Assembly: GCF_030144855.1 (NCBI RefSeq)
Contig: NC_082732.1
Coordinates: 30,690,001 to 30,754,000, forward strand
DNA: 64,000 nt
Source of the DNA: Hypanus sabinus
Taxonomy: Eukaryota
Direction: 5' to 3'
Below, piece by piece: positions 1 to 11,560 of the stretch. A model generated the notes under the pieces. It saw nothing but the letters and a program-made list of their open reading frames with translations. It was not told the origin of the DNA and did not search any database. Position 1 is the stretch's first letter. Each line of letters starts with the position of its first letter. The position numbers were made by a program, and so were the translations under genes.

Positions 1-1330
1 GGAAGTTACCAAGAACACTCTCTATTTCTGTTTTGCTTGATGCCCTGGTTGCCGGCACACAAAGCAAATCTTCTGTGTCCTTGCAGGAACTATATCCACC
101 ACAGCCACATTTTGACCTCTCTTCCCTCTCTTTCCACAGACCATGAAACTATTATGGCATCGTTGGATCCCACAGTTATCCCCAATTCTAAAACTTAACA
201 GTCAGCTGAACTCAGCCCTTCCCTGAGCATTTTCAGGAAAGACTGGATCATCTCCCTGGATTTCCCTGGCATGAGTATTCCTTATAGGCCCAGTATTTTT
301 GCTCTGCATTGCCCATGGTGTGTTCACTGGCTTCCTGAACAGCTGACTTTATGATTCCCCAGTTACTCTCTCCTTGTCCAAGTCATGGCTTCACTTCTTC
401 CTTAAAATTCCGATATCTCTCCTCATTACTGGCATTCCCATTACTTGGCCATGGTCCATCCTGCACTCCTGGAGTCATACTGCCCCATGCATTTCTTGGG
501 AATTTAGCTTTGACCAATATGTTTATGTCTTCGGGGTACATCTGGTGGACTTTGATAATTTCTTCTAATTTTTGCCAAAATTCTGCATTGCTACACGCAA
601 GTCTAAGTGAGGGCAATTCACATAGAATGATCTGCTTTTCTCCTGGGATAATGGGCCTGTGGATGGTGATGATCAGTGTGAGAGGCTGGATGGAATCATC
701 AGGGTTTTGAGCCTGCTGTTGCCTAGTTTCTGTAGGTGCTATTTCAACAAGCAGTACCGGGTATGACTTCCTCTGTTTGTGGGCATTTCCCCACTCTTCA
801 ACTTCCTGGTCCATCACCACCCAATCTGCCCTATCACCTTCCTCAGCAGTTACTCCCTTGGCTGCTGTTTATTCCACGTACCTTTCAGTCTGCCTAGATC
901 CCTGACTAATTCACTCTTGTGTTCTAATTGATCTGTCTGTTTTTCATCCACATCTCTCTCCGTAACTTTAATCTGTCCAGTTCTACTTGTACAATGTCTC
1001 AGTTCTCTGTATTCATTCCTTTCTTTCTGTAGCTCTTCTATTTGTTCTGTATATTGTGTGATTACTGACATTTTGTTCTCTCTTATAAATACACATGACA
1101 AAAAGTCACTGCTGCTTTATCCCCCTTCCTCCTTGATTAGCTTTTCCTCCACTGCCACTGTTCCTCTGAGCTCCAGGTCTTAATCCACCAATACTTTGCC
1201 ATTCCCTGTTCAATCATCTCAAGTTGATGGAGTATATACTATGTGAGTTCTGTCCTCTTCATAATTGAGCCTGTGATGTTCCTGTATCCCATTTATGTAG
1301 AAAGTTAAATGCTTCTAAACTATTGCCCAT
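1..1330 (-). pseudogene. gag: Endogenous retrovirus gag, disrupted by stops and frameshifts; the element continues past the window edge
   Basis: Starts aagATGG GC AAT AGT = MGNSLEAF at 1330. ORF 850-1101 is coiled-coil-like. ORF 383-820 is capsid-like (HRPIIPGEKQIILCELPSL...FWQKLEEIIKVHQMYP). In frame past the stop it reads NWGIIKSAVQEASEHTMGNAEQKYWAYKEYS (MHR-like), then CFVCRQPGHQAKQ at 66-28 (zinc knuckle lacking the last Cys). It lies downstream of the PBS and LTR. Confidence 0.8.
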
Positions 1331-1711
1331 CTTAGGCTTTGATTCTGAGGTTTTCCCAGATACAGTCAGACACACACAAAAATTCCCTGAGCATATCCTC
1401 TGGCATCCTGAAAGTGTTTTCCACACTACCCAAGTGTTTTCAGTAGCCATGCTACACTTAACCTACCCAGTGAGTATACACTCACCTCCCTGGCATCCAG
1501 AATGTTCAGTGACCACCTTTCATAACTGATGGCCCTGTCTCAACAAATTATCTGGCGTCTAGTAGCTGGTTCCCTGCACCAAACAAGCACAGGCTCACCC
1601 ACACACACCACAGCATTTTCACAACTACCTCTCCAGCTCTCCGCTGAGTTCTTCAATTCTTCATGACCCCAATGTGTCCAGATTCAAGCATGGGGTGTTA
1701 TGATCACAAAC

Positions 1712-1720
1712 ACTCACCCT
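1712..1720 (-). promoter_or_regulatory. Candidate retroviral major splice donor
   Basis: Minus strand AGG|GTGAGT about 50 nt downstream of the PBS and upstream of gag, the usual position. Confidence 0.5.
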
Positions 1721-1766
1721 TCTTACACTGCTGAGGCTGCTGGCTTTGTAATTGCGTCACAAGCGT

Positions 1767-1784
1767 ATCCTAGGTGAGCCCCCA
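1767..1784 (-). promoter_or_regulatory. Primer binding site, tRNA-Pro type
   Basis: TGGGGGCTCACCTAGGAT matches the MLV-type PBS TGGGGGCTCGTCCGGGAT at 14/18 positions, and 3 of the 4 mismatches fall in CpGs. It is preceded by ...AACA-TT, like the MLV CA-TT-TGGGGG junction. Confidence 0.85.
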
Positions 1785-1786
1785 AA

Positions 1787-2391
1787 TGTTGTGACTGTGA
1801 TCTAAATCACCTGAGAGACACTGGAGTTGAGGATATGAAAATCTTTATTCACGACAACAAACAGATATTCTTGCAGAGACACGCATGGTAGAGACTTACA
1901 AACACATTGCATTATTATACCTTTTATATTAGAGTTAACAACATGTGAGTCAATACAATCTCAAAGTTACAATGACATCTTTTAGTTCAATATTTTGGGT
2001 TGACAATCCTTTCAATTACATATCTACAGTGGGAGATACCTCTGAATGTTCAAACACCCTTGTTGACACTGATATTCTAAAAACTTCTGAAGACAGAGAG
2101 CCATATGCCTGATTACACCATTGTAGCCTTCTCACCATAGGCCTGTATTGAGTTAACTACTACTGTGAATACAAACTAACAGCATCGTAACACGACAATG
2201 CATGTGAATAATGATGGAAGAGGTAATTTCCTGTCAGTAAACACATCCAGGGTAAATAGGATTCGGGTAAACACAAACATAAAAGTTTGCAAGTTCCTTC
2301 CACGGGAATACAAAGGCAGCAATTGTATGGACACCGACACACCCAAATTTACTGTTTGCTAGTAAATAATAATTTAACTCACACCAGTATC
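1787..2391 (-). mobile_element. ERV 5' LTR; upstream boundary uncertain (~2192 or ~2391)
   Basis: Ends in CA 2 nt before the PBS. Minus-strand TATAAAA at ~1922-1928 and AATAAA at ~1844-1849 lie in U3-R-U5 order. Confidence 0.65.
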
Positions 2392-2404
2392 AGCCTAGAT
2401 CATG

Positions 2405-2870
2405 AGACCTTAAGACAGAGGAGCAGAATTAGGCCATCTGGCCCATGGAGTCTGTTCTGCCATTCAATTGTGTCTGTTTTTTAAAATTTCCTCCTCAACC
2501 CCAGTTTCTGGCCTTCTCCCTATAACCTTTGATGCCATGTCCAGTCAAGAACCTATCTCTGCCTTAAAAACACCCAACGACCTGGCCTCCACAGCTGCAT
2601 GTGATAACAAATTCCACAAATTCACCACCCTTTGGCTAAAGAAATTTCTCCACATCTCTGTTTTGAAAGGGCGCCCCTCTATCCTGAGGCTGTGACCTCT
2701 TGTCCTAGACTCTCCCACCATGGGAAACATCCTTTCCACATCTACTCTGTTTAGACTTTTCAATATTCAAATGGTTTCAATGAGATCCCCCCTCATCCTT
2801 CTGAATTCCAGTGAGTACAGACCCAGAGCCATCAAATGTTCCTCATAAGATAACCCTTTCATTCCTGGTA
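2405..2870 (-). mobile_element. CR1 LINE 3' fragment
   Basis: ORF 2545-2763 reads RTRGHSLRIEGRPFKTEMWRNFFSQRVVNLWN, the CR1 ORF2 C-terminus, followed by the 3' UTR. Confidence 0.92.
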
Positions 2871-3859
2871 TGAAAATTTATTAACAAAATTTTTTAAAAA
2901 AACAACAATACTGTATAATACAAAATAAAGAAAATGTTCATCCAGGACAGATATTGATGTGGGAGCATCCTCCCAAATATATATTTATTTACTTATATCT
3001 ATAACGTGCATGCAATCATTAGAGTTGATTGTTACGTAACCAATGCAGTTTACTTCATTGCATTTACTCACAACATTGAAACAGTTTTATGTAGAAGATC
3101 CTGTCCCAGAAAACAAATGTTTATGCACTTCCAAGGAAAAAAACGTTGAACTTTCTTCAATGTCATGTTCTAAGCAGCTAACTGAAAGCTATCTGCTCGT
3201 TCTCTGTCTGCATGGGGGTTCTCCCACATCAGTATTTGTCCTTCCTAATGAGTTCAATATGTTCTTCTCCAATGTTCGTTGTCCATTTCCATTCTCCTTC
3301 AATCCCACACTCGGTAGAAAAAATGTTAACAAAACAATTCCTATCGGCTAATTCAACAAACCTAACTTAATCAATTGAATTACTATTTTAAACAACAAAA
3401 AATGAAATACCAGATTGTATAATCTAATTAAAGGAACACTTATTTCATTATGAGAAAATCTGCAGAAAATAAAATACACAACAGCATAACTGTATTAATA
3501 AAATAATGCATAATCTTAAACCAGGGTATTACACAATATTGATTGCAACTATAGCTATGACTATTTTTGGGATGCTAAGTGACAACATCAGCTTGGTCTG
3601 CCAGCTTGAACTCAGTCACAATGCTGCAAGTAACTTAGTCATTTTGCCTGATTTGATACAAGCCATTTAACACAGCCCCATTGTCTTAACATTTGGCTAA
3701 CACGAATGCAAATTGTTCATGGTCACCATTTTGCAAATCATGTCTCTTAGTCTGTGCTTCAGAGACAATGTTGTTTATTTGCAAAGGTGTTTCTAGCTTT
3801 AATTTACTGCTTGTAATTTACAGTTTACATTAAGGACTGAAGACTGGTTGTTGTTTGTA

Positions 3860-4040
3860 TTCACAGGCAGACAATCTCTGAAGAGTTTCAATAATGGCTG
3901 TGGTCACCCATCTTGTAAAGGCACTGCCCAGAGGCAATGCAAACCACTTCTATATAAGAATTTGCCAAGAACAATCATGGTCAAAAGACCATGATCACCC
4001 ACATCATATGACACGGCACATAATAATGACGGTGAAGATA
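3860..4040 (+). mobile_element. RTE-related SINE or short repeat, copy 1
   Basis: Contains GGCAATGCAAACCACTTC...TTGCCAAGA, resembling the RTE/Bov-A motif. Matches 13335-13500 in reverse complement. Confidence 0.65.
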
Positions 4041-4097
4041 TTCACATAACTCCAGAATACTCCCTAACAGTTCAGGATGTGATCAAATGCAAAAGTA

Positions 4098-4185
4098 CAG
4101 GGTCTTGTTGATGGGTCTCAGTCTGAAATGCTAACCTATAACTCCCCTCTATGAGCTCCTCCAGCATTTTGTGTGTATTGTACAG
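4098..4185 (+). mobile_element. Penelope-like terminus with degenerate hammerhead motif
   Basis: ttgttgatgggtctcagtctgaaatg...ctcctccagcattttgtgtgt, shared with other copies in the window. Confidence 0.6.
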
Positions 4186-5334
4186 GATGTGTTGTTCATT
4201 TGGACGAAGGGGGGTGGGTAGCAGGAGCCATGTGTAGACCATTTACCCCAGCATTTACTGGTTGGTCGGAATGCCCCATTTAGTGCTTAAAATATTAAGT
4301 GCTCTTTTGTAAGCTCTCTTTTTAATTTGTCTCAATGCATGGAAACTCACCAAACTAAATATATAGTGAATTTGGCACACACATCAGCGGTACTATCAGA
4401 CATAATAGCTATTGATTTCTGCACTGTAACTTAGATGTACTTGCATCACTCAAAAAAGCATTCAGAGCAAGATTCCTAGATGAGGCCAAACCTATATTCT
4501 GCTTGGTAATTTAATTATAATAATTAGTAGAATTAGCAAGATTAATTAATTACATTTTTATGTTTAATCTGTTAATCTAAGTAGGGCTATGGTTCACAAA
4601 AGGCAAACAAGGAGACAAACTGTGGCCTTGTAAATTGCATCTTGCACTTGTGTCTATAAGGGAAGCACAGATGGACTTTGCAGGTTAATTGACGTTGACA
4701 GATGCATTAATATGATAGATTCCCAAGTCACCTTATGTAGACTCTTAACACAAAGTCCTGAAAGCAAATTACTCTACTGTATTTCTTTTTCAGCTCTAAT
4801 TTTAGGCAACATCTCCCAGAAATAAGGAGATGGGGTGAGTTTTAAAGACATTGGACCATGCAGTTGTCAACCACTGTATTTTTTTAGAGGGAATTGCTCT
4901 GGTATTTTAACTGATTATTTTAGTATGAATTCCTGATACTTCCTTTCCTAAGACCATGGTCTTGTGGAATCCTTCATCTGCCTCAGTCATCCTTTTGAAC
5001 TCCCAAACATGATAATTGAAATGCTGCTTCTTAACTTCTTCCATCTTCTATTCTCTTTACTCAGCTGAAGCTTGATATGTGAGCTTTGAACCATCACCCT
5101 TTCAGATATAAAATACATTTCAAAAGATGTTAGTGAAATTTGATTTGTCAGGGTTTGCTTGATTAGCTGCAAATATTTTGGTACGTCGAGAGGTTGGTAA
5201 TGTTACTATGGAAATGCCAGTACTTTTTTGCTTAATCAATATAGAGACAGGGAAGAAGGCTAAAACCTATCATCCACTCCAACATCTCATACGGTGTGCT
5301 GCCCACAATGTCAACATATCTCAGTTCATACATT

Positions 5335-5640
5335 CTGTCACTGAGTCTGAGCTATCGGTTCAAACCCACTCTACATAATTTAGGTTGGCAGTCCAATGTT
5401 GGAAAGGCTTGCTTCCATATGAGGCATTAAACAAAGGTCTTGCTACTCAGGTGGATGTGTAAGACACTGTGGCTGCTGTGTCTATCTTAATGAACAGCGC
5501 AGTAAACATCTTAATTATTTACTAATCTCATTTGCTGTCTGTGGATCTTGCTGTGAGCATCAGTGGCTGTCATGTACATCTGAACAACAGCCATTTTGAC
5601 ATCAATGGGTGTTACTATAGAAGTAAAGGCACATTACTTA
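5335..5640 (+). mobile_element. DeuSINE (SacSINE1/AmnSINE1-like) relic
   Basis: Head ggttcaaacccactc. Deu-domain motifs gcattaaac..ctcaggtggatgtg.aaga and ttgctgtctgtggatcttgctgtg. Confidence 0.65.
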
Positions 5641-6127
5641 CCATAATTTATTAATTTAAAAATATTGAAAGTGTACCAAACTGCAGTGACATAGCCTTTT
5701 TATTATAGTAAAATGTCCCAAGATATTTGATGCTGAGCTACATAGAATAATGTATCAAGGAGTAAGATTTTAAAGAAGAGAAATTTGGAATTTTGAAGTT
5801 AAGCACCTAGGCAACTAATGAGCAGCAAAGACAAACCAGGAATGTAACACCAATGCCCATATCAAGGTTAACTATCATTATGGACCATCATTTTTCATCT
5901 TATCCTGCTTTTCCTTGAAAACAGATGATGAAGAGCAGACAAGAGAAAATCTGTAGATGCTGGACAAAAGTGCTGGAGAAACTCCGCAGGCCAGGCAGCA
6001 TCTATGGAGAAGAGTGCAGCCGACGTTGTGGGCCGAAACCCTTTGGCAGGATAAAAGAGGAAAAATGCTGAAGAGTAGATTTAAAAGGTGGGGGGAGGGA
6101 AGAGAGAACCATCAGGTGATAGGTGAA

Positions 6128-6309
6128 CACAAAGTATACTGCAGATGCTGTGGTCAAATCAACACATACAAACAAGCTGGATGAACTCAGCAGGTCGGGC
6201 AACATCCATTGAAAGGAGCAGCCAACGTTTCGGGCTGAGACCCTTCATCAGGAATTTTCAATGGATGCTGCCCGACCTGCTGAGTTCATCCAGCTTGTTT
6301 GTATGAGGG
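6128..6309 (-). mobile_element. Nested fold-back Penelope-derived mini-element
   Basis: Arms 6165-6214 and 6256-6305 are complementary at 49/50 positions. Direct repeat GATAGGTGAA flanks it at 6118-6127 and 6310-6319. Confidence 0.8.
6220..6255 (-). ncRNA. Minimal hammerhead ribozyme motif (core intact, stem I 5' arm disrupted)
   Basis: CTGATGA-A-GGG tctcag CCC-GAAA-CGTT; the cleavage triplet would be GUU. Confidence 0.65.
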
Positions 6310-7559
6310 GATAGGTGAAACTTGAAGGGGGAGGGATGAAGTAAAGAGCTGGGAAGTTGATTGGTGAAAGGGGCATAAGGCCATAGAAGAAAGAAAAAGG
6401 GGGAGGAGTACCAGAGGGAGGTAATGGGTTAGCAAAGAGATAAGGTGACAGAGGTAAAGGGGATGAGAAATGATGAAGGAGGTGGGGTGAGGGGCATTAC
6501 CAGAAGTTTGAGAAATCGATGTTCATGCCATCAGATTGGAGGCTAATCAAATGGAATATGGGGTGTTGTTCCTCCAACCTAACCTCTACTCCTTCCAGGT
6601 GAAGTGACACTTCACCTGTGAGTTTGTTGGTGTCAGATACTGTGCCTGGTGCTCCTGGTGTGGCCTCCTGTATATTGATGAGACCCAACACCAATTGGGA
6701 GATCGCTTCGCCGAACACCTATGTTCCGTCCACCAGAAAAAGCAGGATCTCCCAGTGGCCACCCATTTCAATTCTCCTCCCCCCTCAAGTTTCACCTGTC
6801 ACCTTGTGTTTCTCTCTCTGCTCCCCCCCCCCATCTTTTAAATCTACTCTTCAGCTTTTTTTTCTCCAGTCCTTCTGAAGGGTTTCAGCCCGAAATGTCA
6901 ACTGTATTCTTTTCCATAGATGCGGAGTTCCTGCAGCATTTTGTGTGTGTTGATGAAGTGTAGTCCATCATTGGATATTTGGTGCCATGTTCTCCTTTAC
7001 CAGTGGTTTTGCTGTGGAGCACAACTTTGTGAAACCACTTTTAAGGAGACCTCTGCACAGTGTGTTTATTTCTAGGTGGTATACTTGATGATGGAAAGAT
7101 ATCTGTGTGTGCCTAGCTGTCATCCTTCACAACATTAGGAGGAAACAAAAAAATATTGTCGAGATTAATGAAAAGAAGACAGGGCTGCCTTTTTTCCCTC
7201 CTAACTATTCCACATCTAGGATCCAATGCATTGCATTTTATCTCAAAATATGGTTTTGATGCCGTTACAGATTGACAGATTTACAAGCTGTCAGATGGAG
7301 CTAACATAGCTTGACTGGAAAGTGAATCACAAATACAAGACAATGGCAAACTTGTCTCTAGCCCCACAGATGAATGACTAAAGAGGCTTTGTAATCTGTT
7401 TGTTTGACTTGGACACGCAAGTTCGACTAATAGTGACTTGTACTATGCATAGTGCTGACTGTATTTAATATTCAGAACCTGAACGGAAGCGATAGTAGAA
7501 ATATGTTCATAGAATAAGATAGGTTTGAGCCTGGCCATGGCGTAAAGCTATGTGATAAC

Positions 7560-7900
7560 TTGTTTTGGATGGTTTATTAATTCATTGAAGAACCGAGCTG
7601 GAGTTGTGTAACATGCTCATTTTTGGCCAGCATGTTCAGTGGTGCTGAGAAGGATTTCGAGGTCCTTAATTGGGAAGGCAAATAACATGTTAGGAGGATG
7701 GCATTCAAAGCAGGAAGGTGAGACCACCAGAAAAGAAGGATTGCATACAGTTTTAGTCTCCTTATTTAAGGAAAAATATATGTACATAGGAGACACTGCG
7801 TAACTGTAAACGGGATACTTTGTAAGGAAATATTTAACAGATTGGGTGATATTTTGCTCAAGTTTAGAAGTATGAGAGACAGTTTGTATGTTGAGAAGCG
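7560..7900 (+). mobile_element. Old CR1 fragment
   Basis: ttgcatacagttttagtctccttatttaaggaaaaatata resembles the CR1 segment encoding CVQFWSPYLRKDI. Confidence 0.5.
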
Positions 7901-9639
7901 GGGTTTACACTAGCAGGCAAAATGAAATGGCAATGAAGGATAGTCAGAATATTCTAGCCAATGTATGACTGAGTTTTGGCTTGGTACTGACAGTGGAGAA
8001 AGCTCCTCTCCAATTGCTTGGATGTACAGGGTTTCCCATTACAACTAGATTGCCAGTGTCTGCCAAGCTGACATGATGTTCTGGTCTCGAAACACTAGAA
8101 TGATATTTGCAAGGCTATTTAGGGACTTACGGTGTAAAAGACATTCTTCCCATTGTTTTCATTTGGTCCTCATATCTTGAGTGTTCACGTAGATATACCA
8201 TAGCATAGAGCTCAGAGGATGCATTTTTAACTTAGAGCACCAGAAGAAATTACACATGACAGGGATGAAGAAATGGCTTACCTGTGGATGTGCCTGAAGA
8301 ATATCAGAACTCACTGAATTTCACTCAAGGTGCGAACCTAATACTGTTGGGAGTAAAATGAAGCAACATGAAGTGGTAGAAATGTGCATAACAAAATAGT
8401 AAAACCTGGCTATCTTGTACAAAACACAACTGGCAAATTTGCAACAATCTCAGACATTTTCCTATTAGGTTGCATGCAAGAAACTGAAGACCAATAACCC
8501 TCTTCCAGTTACGGTGAGTTTAGGATGCAAAGTATAATTTAATCTGGGCAAGCTAGTAGAATTCAGTATCAATTTTAAATTCATGGGATTCTGTCCTTTT
8601 ATTTTTCCACTATAAATTCCTGTCTGCAACATTGTAATGGGAATTGCCTACAGAAATGTGCGATGTTGTGATGACACCTTCCCACAGTGTTGCAGCGAAG
8701 CACTCTAACTGGCAGGAGGGCATAATTATCGGATGACAGCTTTCGGTAGGAAGGTACCCTTATTCATGTGGCATTGGAAATTTTAACAGGAAACATCCAG
8801 AAGGATGGAAGGGAATATATCAAGACTTTAAAAAAAAATGTTGTATTGACAGTTTGGACCATTGTGAGACAGTGTGATAATAAGTCTTTAAATGAATTAT
8901 TCTTCCTGTGGCCCTTGTATTATTACTTGCTGTAGTTTATTGTCACTTACCTGTGTTGTGATCATTGTCTGATGATGGTGGCACATTTCTTACCTAAGTT
9001 ATCCCTCAGCTGCTGCTTCTGTTTTTCTCCCCCAAAGTATTTACAATGAATAAAATAAACACATTTTTCCCATCTCTCTGTCCAGCAATGCGAAGCTGCT
9101 ATGAAAATGTCCTCAAGGTAAAACATATCTCATTGCTAATAGACAACAATGAAGATGTTTACTGAGAGAGAATGCTTTACCCTGATTGATATTGTGACAG
9201 TTCATAGCAGGACTCTGAGAGAATTTTTCCATATAAACTTATTTTAAATTCATACCAGAAGCTCTCAGCCATGATTTAGCAGCAGATGTGATGTGGGATA
9301 TAATGAGACAGACTGGGAGGTGTTTGGATATCAACACACTAGGTTCCTGACTCCTATCTGCAGAGAGCAAATAGCTTGATGTGAGGGTTCCTCTGATTTG
9401 CATTGGGGACAAAACTCTCAGAAGCAAAGGCTGGTTGTGCTGTACTCTGTTTGCCTGCTGTTGGTGTCAAGGGATTTTACCACTGGCACTTTCTGTTCTT
9501 GTATGAATTTGATTAATGGAGATGACTGGAATTACTGATGTTGTTCAGTGACTTTGCTTGACAAGACATAAGGCTAATCCATTGTTTGACTGGAATTTTT
9601 TTAAATAGCTGAATCAAAGTCATGGAATTCGCAGAGGGG

Positions 9640-10215
9640 AGGAATCTGCAATTAAGCCAGCCGAAAGTGGGCCTTGCAGTTGTCCCAACAGTGGTCCCTG
9701 CAGGTGTTGCTCGGCACCAGGATCAGACACAGTTTGAGGATCGATCCCGTTTAATAATTATTTTGCTCTCAAAAATCTTTCACCTGTTGAGAGGATTGGC
9801 CCTTTGTTGGATCCTGTTCCACAGCTGGTTGGTTGGCCCTCACTCTTGTGTAGATGTGGAACTGTGAGCCCTGGTAGCTCAGAGTCCTTGCTGTCCCTTG
9901 TTAGTGAGGGAGAGAGCCTGTGGCCTGTCGAACTGTCGGTAAACAATCGTTTTTGTTGACTGTAGATCATGGTCTGACTTTGGGGGTTTTGCTGTTGCTT
10001 GGTGGGTGGTGGGCACTGACGCTTCCTGCTGAAATGAGTGGGTGGGGATGGGGGAGGTTGATGCTTTGTTGCTGCTTCTGCCTGGAAGGGGGGAGAGGGG
10101 AGAGGGGGCTTTGGGGTTCTAACATTTTTCTGTTATTCATTATTTTGGGGCTGTTTTTTGTAGCAAGAATTTCAGGCTGTATACTGTATATGTTCTCTGA
10201 CATTAAAATTTGAAG
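9640..10215 (+). repeat. Probable LINE 3' UTR-type interspersed repeat
   Basis: G/T-rich body ending aagaatttcaggctgtata...tgacattaaa, similar to the tail at ~50640-50810. Confidence 0.4.
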
Positions 10216-10274
10216 ATCATATCTGAATCTAGCCCTACATTATGTAATTTTTATAAAGCCCGGCTTCTAAGTAG

Positions 10275-10885
10275 GGTTATAAGAACATAACAAATAGAAG
10301 GAGAAACCCATCTGGCCTAACTCATTATTCAATAAAATCACGGCTGATCTGGCCATGGATTCACCTCCACGACCTTCCTTCTTCTCATAATTCTTAATTT
10401 CACAACATTGCCAAAGTGGCAAATATCAAAAATGTATCTTAAACACTTTATTTATTTATCCACCTAGCTAATTAATTGATTAATTAATTAATTAATTACA
10501 TTTAATTTTTTTATTGAGAGATACAGCACTGTAACAGGCCCTTCCAGCCCAATGAGCCTGCACCACCCAGTTACACCCTTAAGACAAATTAATCCTCTCA
10601 CCAGTACATCTTTCAACTGTGGGTGGAAACCGGAGCACCCTGAGGAGATCTAAGTGGTCATGGAGAGAATGTACAAACTCCCAACAGACGATGGTGGAAA
10701 TTGATTCCAGGTCGCTGACACTGCAGTAGTGTTACACTATTTGTCATGCTACCATCACAAAGTAGCCTCTGAAGCTTCCTTGGACAGAGAGTTCCAAAGG
10801 TTCACTATGCTCTGGTAAAGAAGTCTCTCCTCATCTCACTCCAAAATTTATCTCACCCCATGTTCTGAGGCTGTGTCCCCGAGCC
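10275..10885 (-). mobile_element. CR1 3' fragment interrupted by a V-SINE
   Basis: ataagaacataa tail, followed after the SINE by gagttccaaaggttcactatgctctgg. Confidence 0.6.
10505..10755 (-). mobile_element. V-SINE (HE1-like)
   Basis: Reverse-complement V-domain gtggaaaccggagcaccc..gagaatgtacaaactcc plus a tRNA-like head. Confidence 0.8.
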
Positions 10886-11560
10886 ACACACACAAAATGC
10901 TGGAGGAACTCAGCAGGCCAGGCAGCATCTACAGAAATGAATAAACGGCCGACATTTTGGGCTGAGACACTTCTTCAGAACTGGAAAAAATGTTTGAAGA
11001 GTCAGAGTAAGAAAGTAGGGGGAGGGAGGGAAGAAACACAAGATGAAAGGTGAGATGGGGGAGGGGGCAGAGAGTGAAGTGAAGAGCTGGGAAGTTGACT
11101 AATGAAAGAGATACAGGGCTGAAGAGGGGGGATCTGATAAGAGAGGACAGAAGGTCATGCAAGAAAGAAAAGAGGGAGGAGATGGGAAATAAGGTGAGAG
11201 AGGGAAATAGGAATGGGAAATGGAAGGAGGAGGGGCATTACTAGAAGTTCAAGACATCGATGTTTGTGTCATTAGGTTGGAGGCTACCCAGATAGAATAT
11301 AAGGTGTTGCTCCTCCAACATGAGTGTAGCCTCATTGTGACAGTAGAGGAGGCCATGGATGACATGTCAGAATGGGAATGTGAAGTGGAATTAAAATGGG
11401 TGACCACTGGGAGATCCCTCTTTTTTCTGGCAGAGTGTAGTTGCTCAGCGAAGCAATTTCCCAATCTGTGTCAGGTCTCGCTGATATACAGGAGGCCACA
11501 CTGTAAGATACGGTATATGACCCCAACAAACTCAAGGGTGAAGTGTTGCCTCACCTGAAA
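10885..11560 (-). mobile_element. Penelope-like element 3' part (GIY-YIG remnant and terminus)
   Basis: ORF 11249-11464 reads GNCFAEQLHSARKKRDLPVVTHFNSTSHSHSDMS. Degenerate hammerhead at 10947-10982. Confidence 0.88.

Larger units (their letters stand above)
5935..6955. mobile_element. Penelope-like element with inverted halves (minus ~5935-6585, plus ~6586-6955) and a GIY-YIG endonuclease remnant
   Basis: Plus strand ~6590-6772 reads SFQVK*HFTCEFVGVRYCAWCSWCGLLYIDETQHQLGDRFAEHLCSVHQKKQDLPVATHFNS. The same terminal sequence occurs at both ends in opposite orientation. Confidence 0.88.

Noticed and set aside
351-710. 119-aa plus-strand ORF
   Set aside because: It is the antisense shadow of gag and has no recognisable features.
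8506-8518. ttccag|TTACG|gtgagt, a 5-nt micro-exon pattern
   Set aside because: Too short to distinguish from chance without transcript data.
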